Of a stretch of 64,000 bases of DNA, positions 50,555-64,000 are shown in pieces. The DNA comes from the human T2T-CHM13v2.0 reference genome, Homo sapiens. Each line of letters starts with the position of its first letter. Within the stretch, counting starts at the first letter, position 1. The notes beneath the pieces were generated by a model. It ran no database searches. It was not told the origin of the DNA and saw only the letters and a list, made by a program, of their open reading frames with translations. Location of the stretch: NCBI RefSeq assembly GCF_009914755.1, contig NC_060945.1. The stretch is one strand, 5' to 3'. A program made the translations under genes and the position numbers.

Positions 50555-52130
50555 CCCACTGAGTCAGATGGCATACTCAAATGTATTGCACAAGTCTAAA
50601 ATCCTGTGTAGGCCCACAAACATTGCACCTGAGTCCTAGTGATAGGGCATACCAGGCACAGCAACTTGCTTTTCATTTTGGAGAAAGAGCCCTAGTCCCC
50701 CAGATCATTGAACACCTTCCCCCACCTCTGCTCCAAATCCACTGTCCCAAATCTTCTGTAGCTTTGGGAGATTTCTCTTCTACCCATTGTTGTGAATTTT
50801 TTTACCCAGGCATCCTTGGTGTCTGCTACTTCAGCTCCCTAGATTCTATCAACTTGATGTCCCTTGAGATGGTTCAGGTTCCCACAGACCAAACTTAAGC
50901 CCAGCACCAGAGAGGTAACAATACTGAGGTAAGTAAGGAAAAGATGTACTATTGTCCTTGCCAGGTACAACAAACAAATGAACGAACAAATGAATGAACA
51001 ACTAACCTGCTTCTGCTTCTAGTGTGTGTCATAATAGAGAAATATTTGGCAAATCCACGGATGCATACCAAGTGCCAGAGTCTCTGTATATCTGTTTTGG
51101 TCAAATGAAGCCACCTGGAACAGCACATGTAACTGATTAAGTTTATGATAATGCACTGTCATTCCCCAAGCCCCATCTGGTTTTCTTCACTAGTCAAACT
51201 AGAGAGTTAAAAGGGAATGTGATAGCAATCATCACCTCTGGATCTTTCATGTCTATTAATCTCTGAAATTCTCCGAGGGATATGGTATCACTTGTGATGT
51301 GCCATTTTGTACATGAAGAGCCCTTTGAGTTTACACTTGGCCATTTGAGCCAATGTGGGGATTTGCTATTGGTACATGTATATGTTCCACTTATACCCCT
51401 ATGAGCCAGGGAAATAAAGACAGATTTGGGGACTCTTTGGGCCTAGTGACAAACTTAAAACTTAGTTTCTTACCTAACTCACCATAAATCCCTTCTCTGA
51501 CTGGTGGGCAACAGTGGTATTCCAGGTCCATAGGAATTAGCATTAGTAATGGATGCAGTTTTCAATAATCCTTCAAAGATCTAGGTTTTCTGTTTCTCTA
51601 GTACACATTTGCCTTGATTAATGGTGGCAGTGATTTTGGGGGCAGATGAGGATGAAGATTTACAGCAGAGATGTCCAATCTTTTGACTTCCTTGGGTCAC
51701 GTTGGAAGAAGAAGAATTGTCTTGGGCCATGCATAAAATACACTTAACACTAACAATAGCTGATGAGCTAAAAAAAAAAAAAACATATATATATATATAT
51801 ATATCATAATGTTTTAAGAAAGTTTAAGAATTTGTGTTGGGCAGCATTCAAGGCCAACCTGGGCCACATGGGGCCCACTGGTCTCAGGTTGCAAAGGCTT
51901 AATTTAGAGTATGTATCTGTGATCTTATTGTAACATTCTTCATCAAGAATACCTGGTCTGTTTTCATTCAAGAGCCTCTGGGTCTGTGATACAATTCAGG
52001 TCTTGAATTGAGAATGTCTATCCCAGAGGCTCGATCCATGCCTCTTGTTAATCAGGTCTGAGTGGGCTCCTTAATGCTCTTGGTCCTAGAAATTCCTTGG
52101 TCAATTAGCATGGTGAAAGACCCCTGCTAG
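50555..52130 (-). mobile_element. Decayed ERVL (class III) internal segment: gag 3' end, protease, reverse transcriptase
   Basis: Frame-broken translation: TDPEALE* (gag stop 51966-51964), FEGLLKTAS..LIP..HCCPPVREGIYG (pro), PFNSLV*LVKKPDGAWGMTVHYHKLNQ, WQGQ*YIF, SKMKSKLLCL (RT); collinear with recalled HERV-L. Confidence 0.85.
51666..51901 (+). mobile_element. MER30 hAT DNA transposon inserted in ERVL
   Basis: Matches MER30 consensus; 8-bp TSD atttacag/atttagag. Confidence 0.9.
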
Positions 52131-52904
52131 GCAGAGCAGTTGGATTCTATTCTGGCCCTACTTCCTTGTGCACTAGGGGGTGGTTTGGGGATAGGCTGGG
52201 GAAATAAATACTGATTTGTATTTGCTATCTGGAGGTGGTTTGGGGATGGTGGTGGTTTCTAGTTAGCCAAGTGTAGGTCACTTATCCATAGCCTTGCAAC
52301 AGAAGAGCCTGGGGAGTTGTGAAACAGGGATTTTCAGTTTCAACTGCCGGAAATAGTCTGCCTTTCAGCAGAATTTATAATCTGGGGAAATAAATTCAGA
52401 TTTTCATTGTAAACATAGGAAGAAGGTTCAGAGGTTGCTCAGCCAAAAATGATGACAAATGCTTTTCCACAATTCATCTCACCTTCTTCTGTCATTTAAC
52501 AACTGTAAGGTTTAGAAGATTAATCTCAGCTTCAAACGTAGTTCATGTTTTATTCAAACCAAGTTGAATAATGCAATTCTCTTTGCCAGTGACTTATTCA
52601 GAAAATCAGACCTAAGCTAGTTAGGCACATGGCATGCCTCTGACCTCGGGGGTTGGTTCAGGAGCTCAGGAGTAGGCATCTGACACACTTTGGTCTAATG
52701 AGATGCAAGATGACATGTTCTGGGAGATTCTGGGGAAAAGTTTCTCATGTTCCAGAGAGCCAGAGAAAGACAATAGTATCTTCTGTACTTGATCCCTGCA
52801 GGCATCTTGATAGCAACATGGAGCTCCTGCAGGACAGCGGGCAGAGCTAAGAGAATCCTAGAGGAACTGAGCTGGATCTGCTGGGGTTTATTTATGTATT
52901 ATTT

Positions 52905-53890
52905 TATTTTATTTTTTTAGAGACAGGGTCTCACTCTGCCCAGGCTGGAGTGTAGTGGAGCAATCGTAGCTCACTGCAGCCCCAAACTCCTGGGCTCAAG
53001 CGACCCTCTGGCCTCAGTCCTTTCCGCCTCAGCCTCCGGAGGAAATGAGAGTAATGGCGCATGCCATCACACTCTGCTAATTTTTTTATTTTTAAATTTT
53101 TTGTAGAGGTAAGTTCTCGCTTTACTGCCCAGGTTGGTCTCAAACTCCTAAGCTATCCTCCTGCCTTGGCTTCCCAAAGTGAGGGGATTTACAGGCATGA
53201 GCCACCCCACCCAGACTGGATCTTCTGGTTTAAACCAACCCTGAAGCCTTCCTTCAAGACTCACTAGATTTACTTCTACACATTTCCTCATTGTTTAAGC
53301 CAGTTTGAGTTGGATTTTCTGGTATTTGTGATCGAAAGCATCCTAATTTGATTCCATATAAAATCGTCTGTGTTTACAGCTCCTAGTGGCATCTTCCAGA
53401 ACTGGTATTCCTTTATAATAATCACTACTGTCCTGACAGATGGGAGTGGCTGGAATCTGGACTAAAATGGCAATATAACAAATGTAAATTTTGATATGAA
53501 AGGAAATAAATATCGATTAAATGAAATAACGATTAAAATGTATAGTTTGTATAATAAAAGAAATAAGTTTTAGTTACCCAAATTTTTCTTTTTCTTTTTC
53601 TTTTTTTGAGATAGAGTCTTACTCTGTCACCCAGGCTGGAGTGCAGTGGCTCGATCTTGGCTCACTACAACCTCCCACCTCCTGGGTTCAAGAGATTCTC
53701 CTGCCTCAGCCTCCTGAGTAGCTGGGATTACAAGCGCCCGCCATCACGCCCGGCAAATTTTTGTATTTTTAGTAGAGATGGGGTTTCACCATGTTGACCA
53801 GCCTGGTCTCGAACTCCTGACCTCAGGTAATCTGCCCACCTTGGCATCCCAAAGTGCTGGGATTACAGGCATGAACCACTGCTTCCGGCC
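52905..53890 (-). mobile_element. Two Alus (AluJ 52905-53216, AluS 53583-53890)
   Basis: Dimers. Confidence 0.9.
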
Positions 53891-54271
53891 CCCAAATTTT
53901 TTAACATACGGACCATTCAATTCCATATAATACAAATAAATGAGGCACCATTAAGTGTTTAGAAAATACTTATACAAGTAAAATTATAAGCCTATTTTCG
54001 TCTCTCTCCACCCTTCCCCTCCCATTGAGCTGCTTCGTTATTCTGAGGCATTGCAAGTCAGGGGAGCTGGTTTGTGATATGTCCTTAGGCAGGTGAATCT
54101 GCTTTTCTCAATCTTAGGCTTCTAGTCTGCAAAACAATTTCTGTTAGTATCAGATTAGTTCATATGTGTGAAAAATCATCATAAAGGCCAGTGCAGAGAA
54201 GAGGCAGGTATTATTCTGGGTTCTGGAGGGATGAGATAGTCACACTGATCATTAATGAATTTTAGTTCTCA

Positions 54272-54640
<369 letters not shown>

Positions 54641-55040
54641 AAATCAATTGGTGTATATCTTCATCTCCCATGGCATCATAATTAGTATTCCACATATATT
54701 TGATAGACAACTGAGTATTAATAACTAACAGTTTATGAGAGTGAGCAGAAGTAACAGAGTACTTTCAAATACGTAATCACATTTGAGATATGCAGGAACT
54801 CTGTAGTTGGGAAAGAGGGCAGTGTTATGATCACAACTTTGTGTCTCAATTTGTATGGCTAGTTCGTGTTAGAAGCAGAATTTTAATCCTGTCTTCTGAT
54901 AATATTTCTATGAGAGTCTAATTTCACATTTGTGTTTTTCCCTGACTACTAGCTTTGTGACCTTGGACAAGTTACTTAGCCTCTTCATGCCTTGGTTTTC
55001 TTATCTGTAAAATGGGGATAATAATAGCATAGGGTTTTTT

Positions 55041-55210
55041 GAGAATTAAATGAGCAAAGAGTTTGGACTAGAACTTTGCACTTAGTAAGCACTATGAAAG
55101 TGTTTTTAAATAATATATAAATATTTGAGAATTAAATGAGCAGTGTTTGGACTAGAACTTTGCACTTAGTAAGCACCACGAAAGTGTTTTTAAATAATAT
55201 ATAAATATTT
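55041..55210. repeat. Tandem duplication of ~85 bp at a MIR end
   Basis: Copies 55041-55126 and 55127-55210 with few differences. Confidence 0.95.
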
Positions 55211-55373
55211 TTTTCTTCCCCTGCTACTACATCATCACCATGGTTAATTCCCATCTTCAAGTATTTCTCCTCAAATACTTGTGTCATCTTGATCTAGTTG
55301 GTTTTTGCCTACTATGCATGAAATAATGTTTTACATTACAGTGTGTTGTTACTTTTCACACAGGGATTTAGAT

Positions 55374-56193
<820 letters not shown>

Positions 56194-57487
56194 CTAAGAT
56201 ACATATTTTTTAGAGAAATACTTGGAGTTTTAAGGTCTTCAAGAGAAAAGAAATTGTACACTTAAAAAAATTCAAAGACAATAAATATTTCCTTTCTTGT
56301 TCCTACTGAATAACAAAGGACAAATATAGATGATTCCCTGCAAAACTATTCACTTACCTTACCTACATCACAGACAAGGGGCAATTAATATTATCATTAT
56401 TAATCTGTTACTATTATAACAATTGCAAATTGCTCTTGCCCAGCCCCATGCCTGCCAAGAAGCTTATGGATTTGCCTCTTTTAAAGAGGCTCATTTCCCT
56501 CCTCAAACATGACTTACAATTAGAGACTGTCCCTTGCGATCAAAGGAGTGATTTATTTCCCCCTGAGATCAGATCAAAGCCAGTTTTGGAGCGCTAGGTC
56601 TTGTGCTGTCGTCCCCCCACCAGCCCCCATCACCTCACAGATACTTCCTAGAGGAGAGCAGTTTCTTCTAAGTTTGATCCTGGGTTATACCAGGCAGATT
56701 TCTACATTGTCATGACTGCAAGTCACCCCCCTTAATCTTGGATATTTGTCTCCTAAGTTGATGAGAAATTCCAGGAGAAGAATTGGGATGGACCAGACCC
56801 AATCCATTATGATTTCTTCCCTGGGAAAACATTTCAGAGCACATGACAAGCCCCGCTGCGTAAACAGGACTAGATCAAATGCCTGGCATGGGACTGTATC
56901 ATTGTATATTTCTACTGTTCTGATGTTTTATGTTTTAAAGTGATCTATGACACAGTGGCTACCTCAGTTCTGTCCCATCTAGTTCTTGCAGTGGAATTGC
57001 TTTTTCTCAGGGCCTCTGCCTATACAGATCACTTTGAGCAATTTGTCTTTAAAGCTTCTTGAAATGATCCTAATATTCTCCTGTAATTCTCACTGCTCTA
57101 AGAATCTGTCTCCTCTAGACATAATTCCTATCATTTTATAATGCAATGATATTGCTTAATAAATCCTTAATGTATGTTACTATTCAGATTGACAGATTGT
57201 ATACTTATTATGTATGACATTTTCATTGACTTCTTTTGCGAAGTGACATTATTGCCATCCCAGCCTGGGAAAGATTTAATACCTGATTCTTCCTCCGTCC
57301 ATTTATCAGAGTCATTCAGAACTCCCTCCTTTTTCCCTCCCGCCTCAAAGTATAAATTAAAATATTTTTCTTTCAAACATATTTCCTTGGATATTTTTCT
57401 CTAGTAATCACTTTGTTAAAGAGATATTACTACCTAAAGGACAGTCACGTTCCCAGTCCCTGTCTGCATCCTGATTTATCGAGATAG

Positions 57488-57895
<408 letters not shown>

Positions 57896-58054
57896 TAGCT
57901 GGGATTATAAGCTCCTCTCCTCTCCTCCTTCCTTCCTTTCCTTCTTTCTTTTTCTTTCTTTCTTTTTTTACTTCAGACATGTTTTATTATAATCTTATAC
58001 AGCCTACTTGTATTTATTTGGGTTCAGTTATAACATAGCATAATAAGAATAAAA

Positions 58055-58155
58055 TACCTGGGTGATGAAATAATAGGTACAAAAAAATCCCTGTGACATG
58101 TGTTTACTTATGTAACTAACCTTCACATGTATCCCAAACCTAAAATAAAAGTTAA
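58055..58155 (+). mobile_element. Older L1PA (PA12-16 type) 3' end inside the ID2 retrocopy
   Basis: tacctgggtgatgaaataat...ccttcacatgtatcccaaacctaaaataaaagtt. Confidence 0.75.
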
Positions 58156-58480
58156 GGCCGGGCGAGGTGGCTCACACCTGTAATCCCAGCACTTTGGGAG
58201 GCCGAGGCGGGCAGGATAACTTGAGGTCGGGAGTTCATGACCAACCTGGTCAACATGGTGAAAGCCTGTCTCTACTAAAAATATGGAAAAAATTAGCTAG
58301 GCATGGTAGTGCACACCTGTAATCCCGGCTACTCAGGAGGCTGAGGCAGGAAATATTGCTAGAACCCAGGAGGCGGAGGCTGCAGTGAGCCGAGATGGCG
58401 CCACTGCACTCCAGCTTGAGTGACAGAGAGAGACTCCATCTCAAAAACAAACAAACAAACAAATAAATAAATAAAATAAA
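58156..58480 (+). mobile_element. AluS in the L1 tail inside the ID2 retrocopy
   Basis: Dimer; TSD aaaataaaagt. Confidence 0.93.
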
Positions 58481-59015
58481 AGTAAAAAACCAAAAAACAA
58501 AGCACTGGTCCTCTGAAATAAACCAGGCAAACACCATTCAATAAATACACTTGATTGATTTTGTATAGAAGGGCTAAGTTTACAACTAAACTTATATAAA
58601 AAGTTTAGCATGAATCAGTACATCATTACACCTTTTGAGGCAGAAATATACATCTTTGCCACTATACAAGAAAACTCTAAAGAGTTTACAAGGTTTCACT
58701 CAATAGATATATATTCATGTATAAATATATAAACAGCATTCAGCAGGCTTGTGTCGAAAAGGTAATTTCTGACCAAAAGACTTCATTTAAGTGACTGAAT
58801 CCTGGATCCTTCTGTTATTCATGCTCCGCTCTTGAAAAAAGGCAAAGTCTGCTCACGTTGTGCAATTCCTTGTGATTTTAACATTTTTGTTTTCATTCCC
58901 CATGGTGGGAATAGTGTATAAAGAAAACCTTCCAACTGCAGAAAGGGCATTTAAATGTCTCTTTCATAAATAACAAATATCACAGTCCAAGTCAGAGAAT
59001 ACCCTGCAAAGATGA

Positions 59016-59567
<552 letters not shown>

Positions 59568-60822
59568 TAATTCCTTACAAATATTATTTATAATGTCTCT
59601 ATTAGAAACATTATAAGTGGTTTCTAAGTTGCTTCTATTTAATGTTTATGGAAATTTAAAACCTTAAACTCTATTTTTAAAGAGACGATTTTTAACAGCC
59701 TTGAAAGCATCTTCAATTTTGATGACAAATTGTTAAACTTGAAATATTAATTTGTGTCTTAATTCAAAGGCAGTGGGATGCAGATCAGAATGGTGCAGCG
59801 TTCCTGCCCTCATGAGGTTTGCAATTTCAGGTGAGAGTCCGACACATTTTAAAAAATATCGCAATGTGGGAAATGCTAAGGGAGCTACTGTTCTGGGTGG
59901 ATTCTACAGGTTTTACTGGAGCAAGTATGATGGCATCATCTAGGAGGGCTTCCTGGAAGAGGTAAACTAGGTCTTAAGGGAAGCATCAGATGTCACTGGC
60001 TTGGGAAAGATATTCCAGAAGGAAGGAACAGGTTGTACAAAGTAAGGTAATTTTGTTTGGGGAAGCTCCAGCAGGTCCACATGAGGACACAGTTGAGATT
60101 GTCTAACTCTATGCTCATAACTGTAGGTGCTTGGGAAAAGCTGAACTAAGCCAGTGTTAACAGACGTTGTCTGGACAATGCAGTGGGTCTAGAAGCAGGT
60201 TAGAAGGACTAGAAGAGATTAAAAAAAACAAAACTCTGATGTAAGAAATGAATATAGCTGCAGATAAAAGTAGTTTGGCGCTATCTGTATGGTTCCCATC
60301 TAGGTTTATTTTATTTCATTTATTTATTTGAGATGGAGTCTTGCTCTGTCGCCCATGCTGGAGGGTAGTAGCGCGATCTCGGCTCACTGCAACCTCCACC
60401 TCCCAGGTTCAAGCAATTCTCCTGCTTCAGCCTCCTGAGTAGCTGAGATTACAGGCATGCACCACCATGCCTGGCTAATTTTTTTTTGTATTTTTAGTAG
60501 AGATGGGGTTTCACCATGTTGGCCAAGCTGGTCTAGAACTCCTGACCTCAGGTGATCCACCTGCCTCAGCCTCCCAAAGTGCTGGGATGACAGGTGTGAG
60601 CCACAGCACCCAGCCTCCCAACAAGGCTTCTAACAGGGCAATCAGAATTTTCTTTAATTTTCCTCTATGGTTCTATTGGGTAAGATCCTTATTGAGTGTA
60701 CAGGTCTGCAGATAGAAAGAAACAAGCCAAGGAGAACACTGCTTCCTCTGTTTCTGTGGGTTATGTCTAATTTTAGGAAACAGCGCAACAAATAATAAAA
60801 AATGGATGTTTCTAAGTAGATT

Positions 60823-60855
60823 TGTGTGTGTGTGTGTATGTGTGTGTGTGTGTGC
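60823..60855. repeat. (TG)n microsatellite
   Basis: Read directly. Confidence 0.95.
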
Positions 60856-60961
60856 GTCCTTTAATGCTTTTACCCCCATCCTGGCCTCATGCAATGTCAA
60901 AAAAAAGTAAGTGAGCAAATTGACACTTTCTTCTTTTAGTGATTATTATTATTTGAGATAG

Positions 60962-61156
<195 letters not shown>

Positions 61157-61759
61157 TGATATTATTTTTATCTCCAACATGCACCTATGGCAGGTTGGCC
61201 TCTGCTCTCTCATCCCCAGAACCAAGTTATTTGCTTAAACTCTCTCTAATGCAGTGGCTCTGAGGAGAGTCCCTGGAGCCAAGGCGCCTGGATTTGAATC
61301 CTGGCACTACTACTTAACTATTCACTGGGATGAGTTATTCAACATGGCTACATCTCAGCTTTCTCATCTGTAAAATGGGGGTATTAATAACAGTACCAAC
61401 TTCATAAGCATCTTGTGAGGATTGAATGAATTGAACATATATAGGTGCTTATAAGAGTACCTGTCACGTGCTAGTACAGCTTGAGTTTGGCCAGTCTCGT
61501 CTCTCAAACAGCATCTAGGGACATATGCCCAGAGCCGCAAGAGCACTGATCTTCAGTACTCTCCCTCTTCCTTCTTTTCCCCACTCTCTTAATCACCATT
61601 CAGTGTGTACGCCCCTATCCTCACCCCAGTTAGCTCCTGGGGCTCACACTTAATTTGTTCAGAGGAGAAGTGGCCTGGGCAGTGTCAGTCCCTGGTAGTA
61701 ACGAGATGTGTTACGTGTTGATGCCTGGAAAAGAGGGAATAAGAAGAAATCCTAGGTCT

Positions 61760-62107
61760 GCAGCCATAAAAAAGGATGAGTTCATGTCCTTTGTAGGGAC
61801 ATGGATGAAGCTGGAAACCATCATTCTGAGCAAACTATCGCAAAGACAGAAAACCAAACACCGCATGTTCTCACTCATAGGTGGGAATTGAACAATGAGA
61901 ACACATGGACACAGGAAGGGGAGCATCACACACCGGGGCCTGTTGTGGGGTTGGGGGAGTGGGGAGGGACAGCATTAGGAGAAGTACCTAATGTAAATGA
62001 TGAGTTGATGGGTGCAGCACACCAACATGGCACATATATACATATGTAACAAACCTGCACATTGTGCACATGTACCCTAGGACTTAAAGTATTAAAAAAA
62101 AAAAAAA
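61760..62107 (+). mobile_element. 5'-truncated L1PA (~L1PA5-6): ORF2 C-terminus, 3'UTR, poly(A)
   Basis: AAIKKDEFMSFVGTWMKLETIILSKL..MFSLIGGN*; perfect 16-bp TSD aagaaatcctaggtct. Confidence 0.93.
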
Positions 62108-63116
62108 AAGAAATCCTAGGTCTATTTCTCCATCACTGCTTACCAGCTTTAGGAAAATCTAAAAAGCCTACAGCCCTCAGTTTCCTCATCCTTAAAGTTG
62201 GGATGATAATAATTATCCTCATCCCCCTTGGTCCTCGTGAAGGTCACAGGAGAATACTGCTTATGGAAATCTTTTGTAAACTGTAAAGTGCAAATAGATA
62301 TATAGGACTGTTTTCATTCACCCAAACACTTGTCAATGAATAGCATTAGCTTTTCTTGGTCTTAATATATTATTGAGTACCCGCCATAGAATGTCAAATA
62401 GAAATCTTGTCTTAGTCCTGACTTTTATGGGAGGGATTTGTAATATCTGACTTGTAAAATCATGCTTGCTTAGATTGCTAACATGCTTGATTAGGTTTAA
62501 GACATTTCTTTTCCTGGGTTGCTATCATGAATGGATGTTGTATTTTAGCAAATGCCTCTAAAAGATCTGTTAATACCACCAATGGTTTTTCTACATATAT
62601 ATATATATTTGAGACGGAGTCTTGCTCTGTCACCCAGGTTGGAGTGCAGCAGCACGATCTCAGCTCACTGAAATCGCCATCTCCCAAGTTCAAGCGATTC
62701 TCCTGCCTTAGCCTCCCCAGTAGCTGAGAGTATAGGTGTGCACCACCAGGCCTGGCTAATTTTTGTATTATTAGCAGAGGCAGGGTTTCACCATGTTGGC
62801 CAGGCTGGTCTTGAACTCATGACCTCAAGTGATCCACCCGCTTTGGCCTTCCAAAGTGCTGGGATTATAGGTGTGAGCCGCCATGCCCAGCCTCTACCTT
62901 GAAATTTTTAATAGACTGTTAATATGGAAACATCTTAACATTCCCAGAATGATCCTTTGTACCTTTAATACACAGCTGGATATGAAATTTTGTATCTTTG
63001 TTTTTACTGATATGTAAATATATATATTTGTATACACACATATGTACACCATATATATTGTGTGTATGTATGTGTGTGTGTGTGTGCTGATTGATAGATA
63101 CAGATAGATATAAGGT

Positions 63117-63469
63117 TGATATGGTTTGGTTGTGTCCCCACCCAAATCTTATCTTGAACTGTAGTTCCCATAATCCCCATGTGTGGTGGGAGGGACCTGG
63201 TGGGGCAGTTTCGTCCATGCTGTTCTCATGATATTGAGTGAGTTCTCATGAGATTTGACAGTTTTATAAGGAGCTTTTCCCCTCTTCATTCTGGACTTCT
63301 TGCTGCTACCATGTGAAGAAGGACATGTTTGTGTCCCCTTCTGCCATAATTGTAAGTTTCCTGAGGCCTTCCCAGCCCTGTGGAACTGTGAGTCAATTAA
63401 ACTTGTTTTCTTTATAAATTACCCAGGCTTGGATATGTCCTTATAGCAGCATGAGAATGGACTAATACA
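63117..63469 (+). mobile_element. THE1 (D-like) 5' LTR
   Basis: tgatatggtttgg...ggactaataca. Confidence 0.88.
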
Positions 63470-64000
63470 ATAAGTTGGTACCAGGTAGTGGGTGCTGCTG
63501 TAAAGATACCTGAAAACGTGGAAGCAACTTTGGAAGTGGGTAACAGGCAGAGGTTGGAACAGTTTGGAGGGCTCAGAAGAAGATAGGAAAATGTGGGAAA
63601 GTTTGGAACTTCTTAGAGACTTGTTGAATGGCTTTGACCAAAAAGCTGATAGTGATATGGACAATAAAGCCCAGGCTGAGGTGGTCTCAAATGGATATGA
63701 AGAACTTGTTGGGAACTGGAATAAAGGTCACTCTTCCTATGCAAAGAGACTGGTGGCATTTTGCTTCTGCCTTAGAGATTTGTGGAACTTTGAACTTGAG
63801 AGAGATGATTTAGGGTATCTGGTAGAAGAAATTTCTAAGGGGCAAAGTGTTCAAGAGAAAGCAGAGCATAAAAGTTTGAAAAATTTGCAACCTGACAATG
63901 CAATAGAAAAGAAAATCCCATTTTCTGGGGAGAGATTCAAGCCAGCTGCAGAAATTTGCATAAGTAAGGAGGAGCTGAATGTTAATCACCAAGACAACGG
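63470..64000 (+). mobile_element. THE1 internal region (runs off window)
   Basis: ttggtacca..gtgggtgctgctgtaaagatacctgaaaacgtggaagcaactttggaa directly after the LTR. Confidence 0.88.

Noticed and set aside
61655-61891. ORF with L1 ORF2 C-terminus
   Set aside because: Only the last ~43 codons of a truncated L1

Overview
Human (primate) genomic DNA, recognisable as chr21q22.11. Positions 1-30.1 kb hold the 5' part of SCAF4 on the minus strand: CpG-island promoter, coding exons 1-5 (457 nt of CDS, CTD-interacting domain, MDAVNAFNQELFSLMDMKPP...NVTNNEG) and a 25.3 kb intron 1. Intron 1 contains an antisense processed HMGN1 pseudogene. The remaining ~34 kb upstream of SCAF4 is intergenic and repeat-rich: Alus (about 47 in the whole window), old L1/L2/MIR fragments, two young 5'-truncated L1PA inserts with perfect TSDs, THE1/MLT1 LTRs, hAT/Tigger DNA transposons and a decayed ERVL gag-pro-RT segment. 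Nearly all ORFs in the supplied track are Alu, microsatellite or GC-rich artefacts. I found no new multi-gene system. Best leads: (i) an 18-codon uORF plus an ATG-TGA start-stop element in the SCAF4 leader; (ii) frameshifting microexon candidates in intron 1, the best being 11 nt at 7321-7331; (iii) a 3'UTR-only ID2 retrocopy with nested L1 and Alu, probably unannotated; (iv) an ancestral residue and an Alu fusion in the HMGN1 retrocopy. Gene and repeat identities come from recalled sequence, not database searches. Repeat boundaries are approximate.
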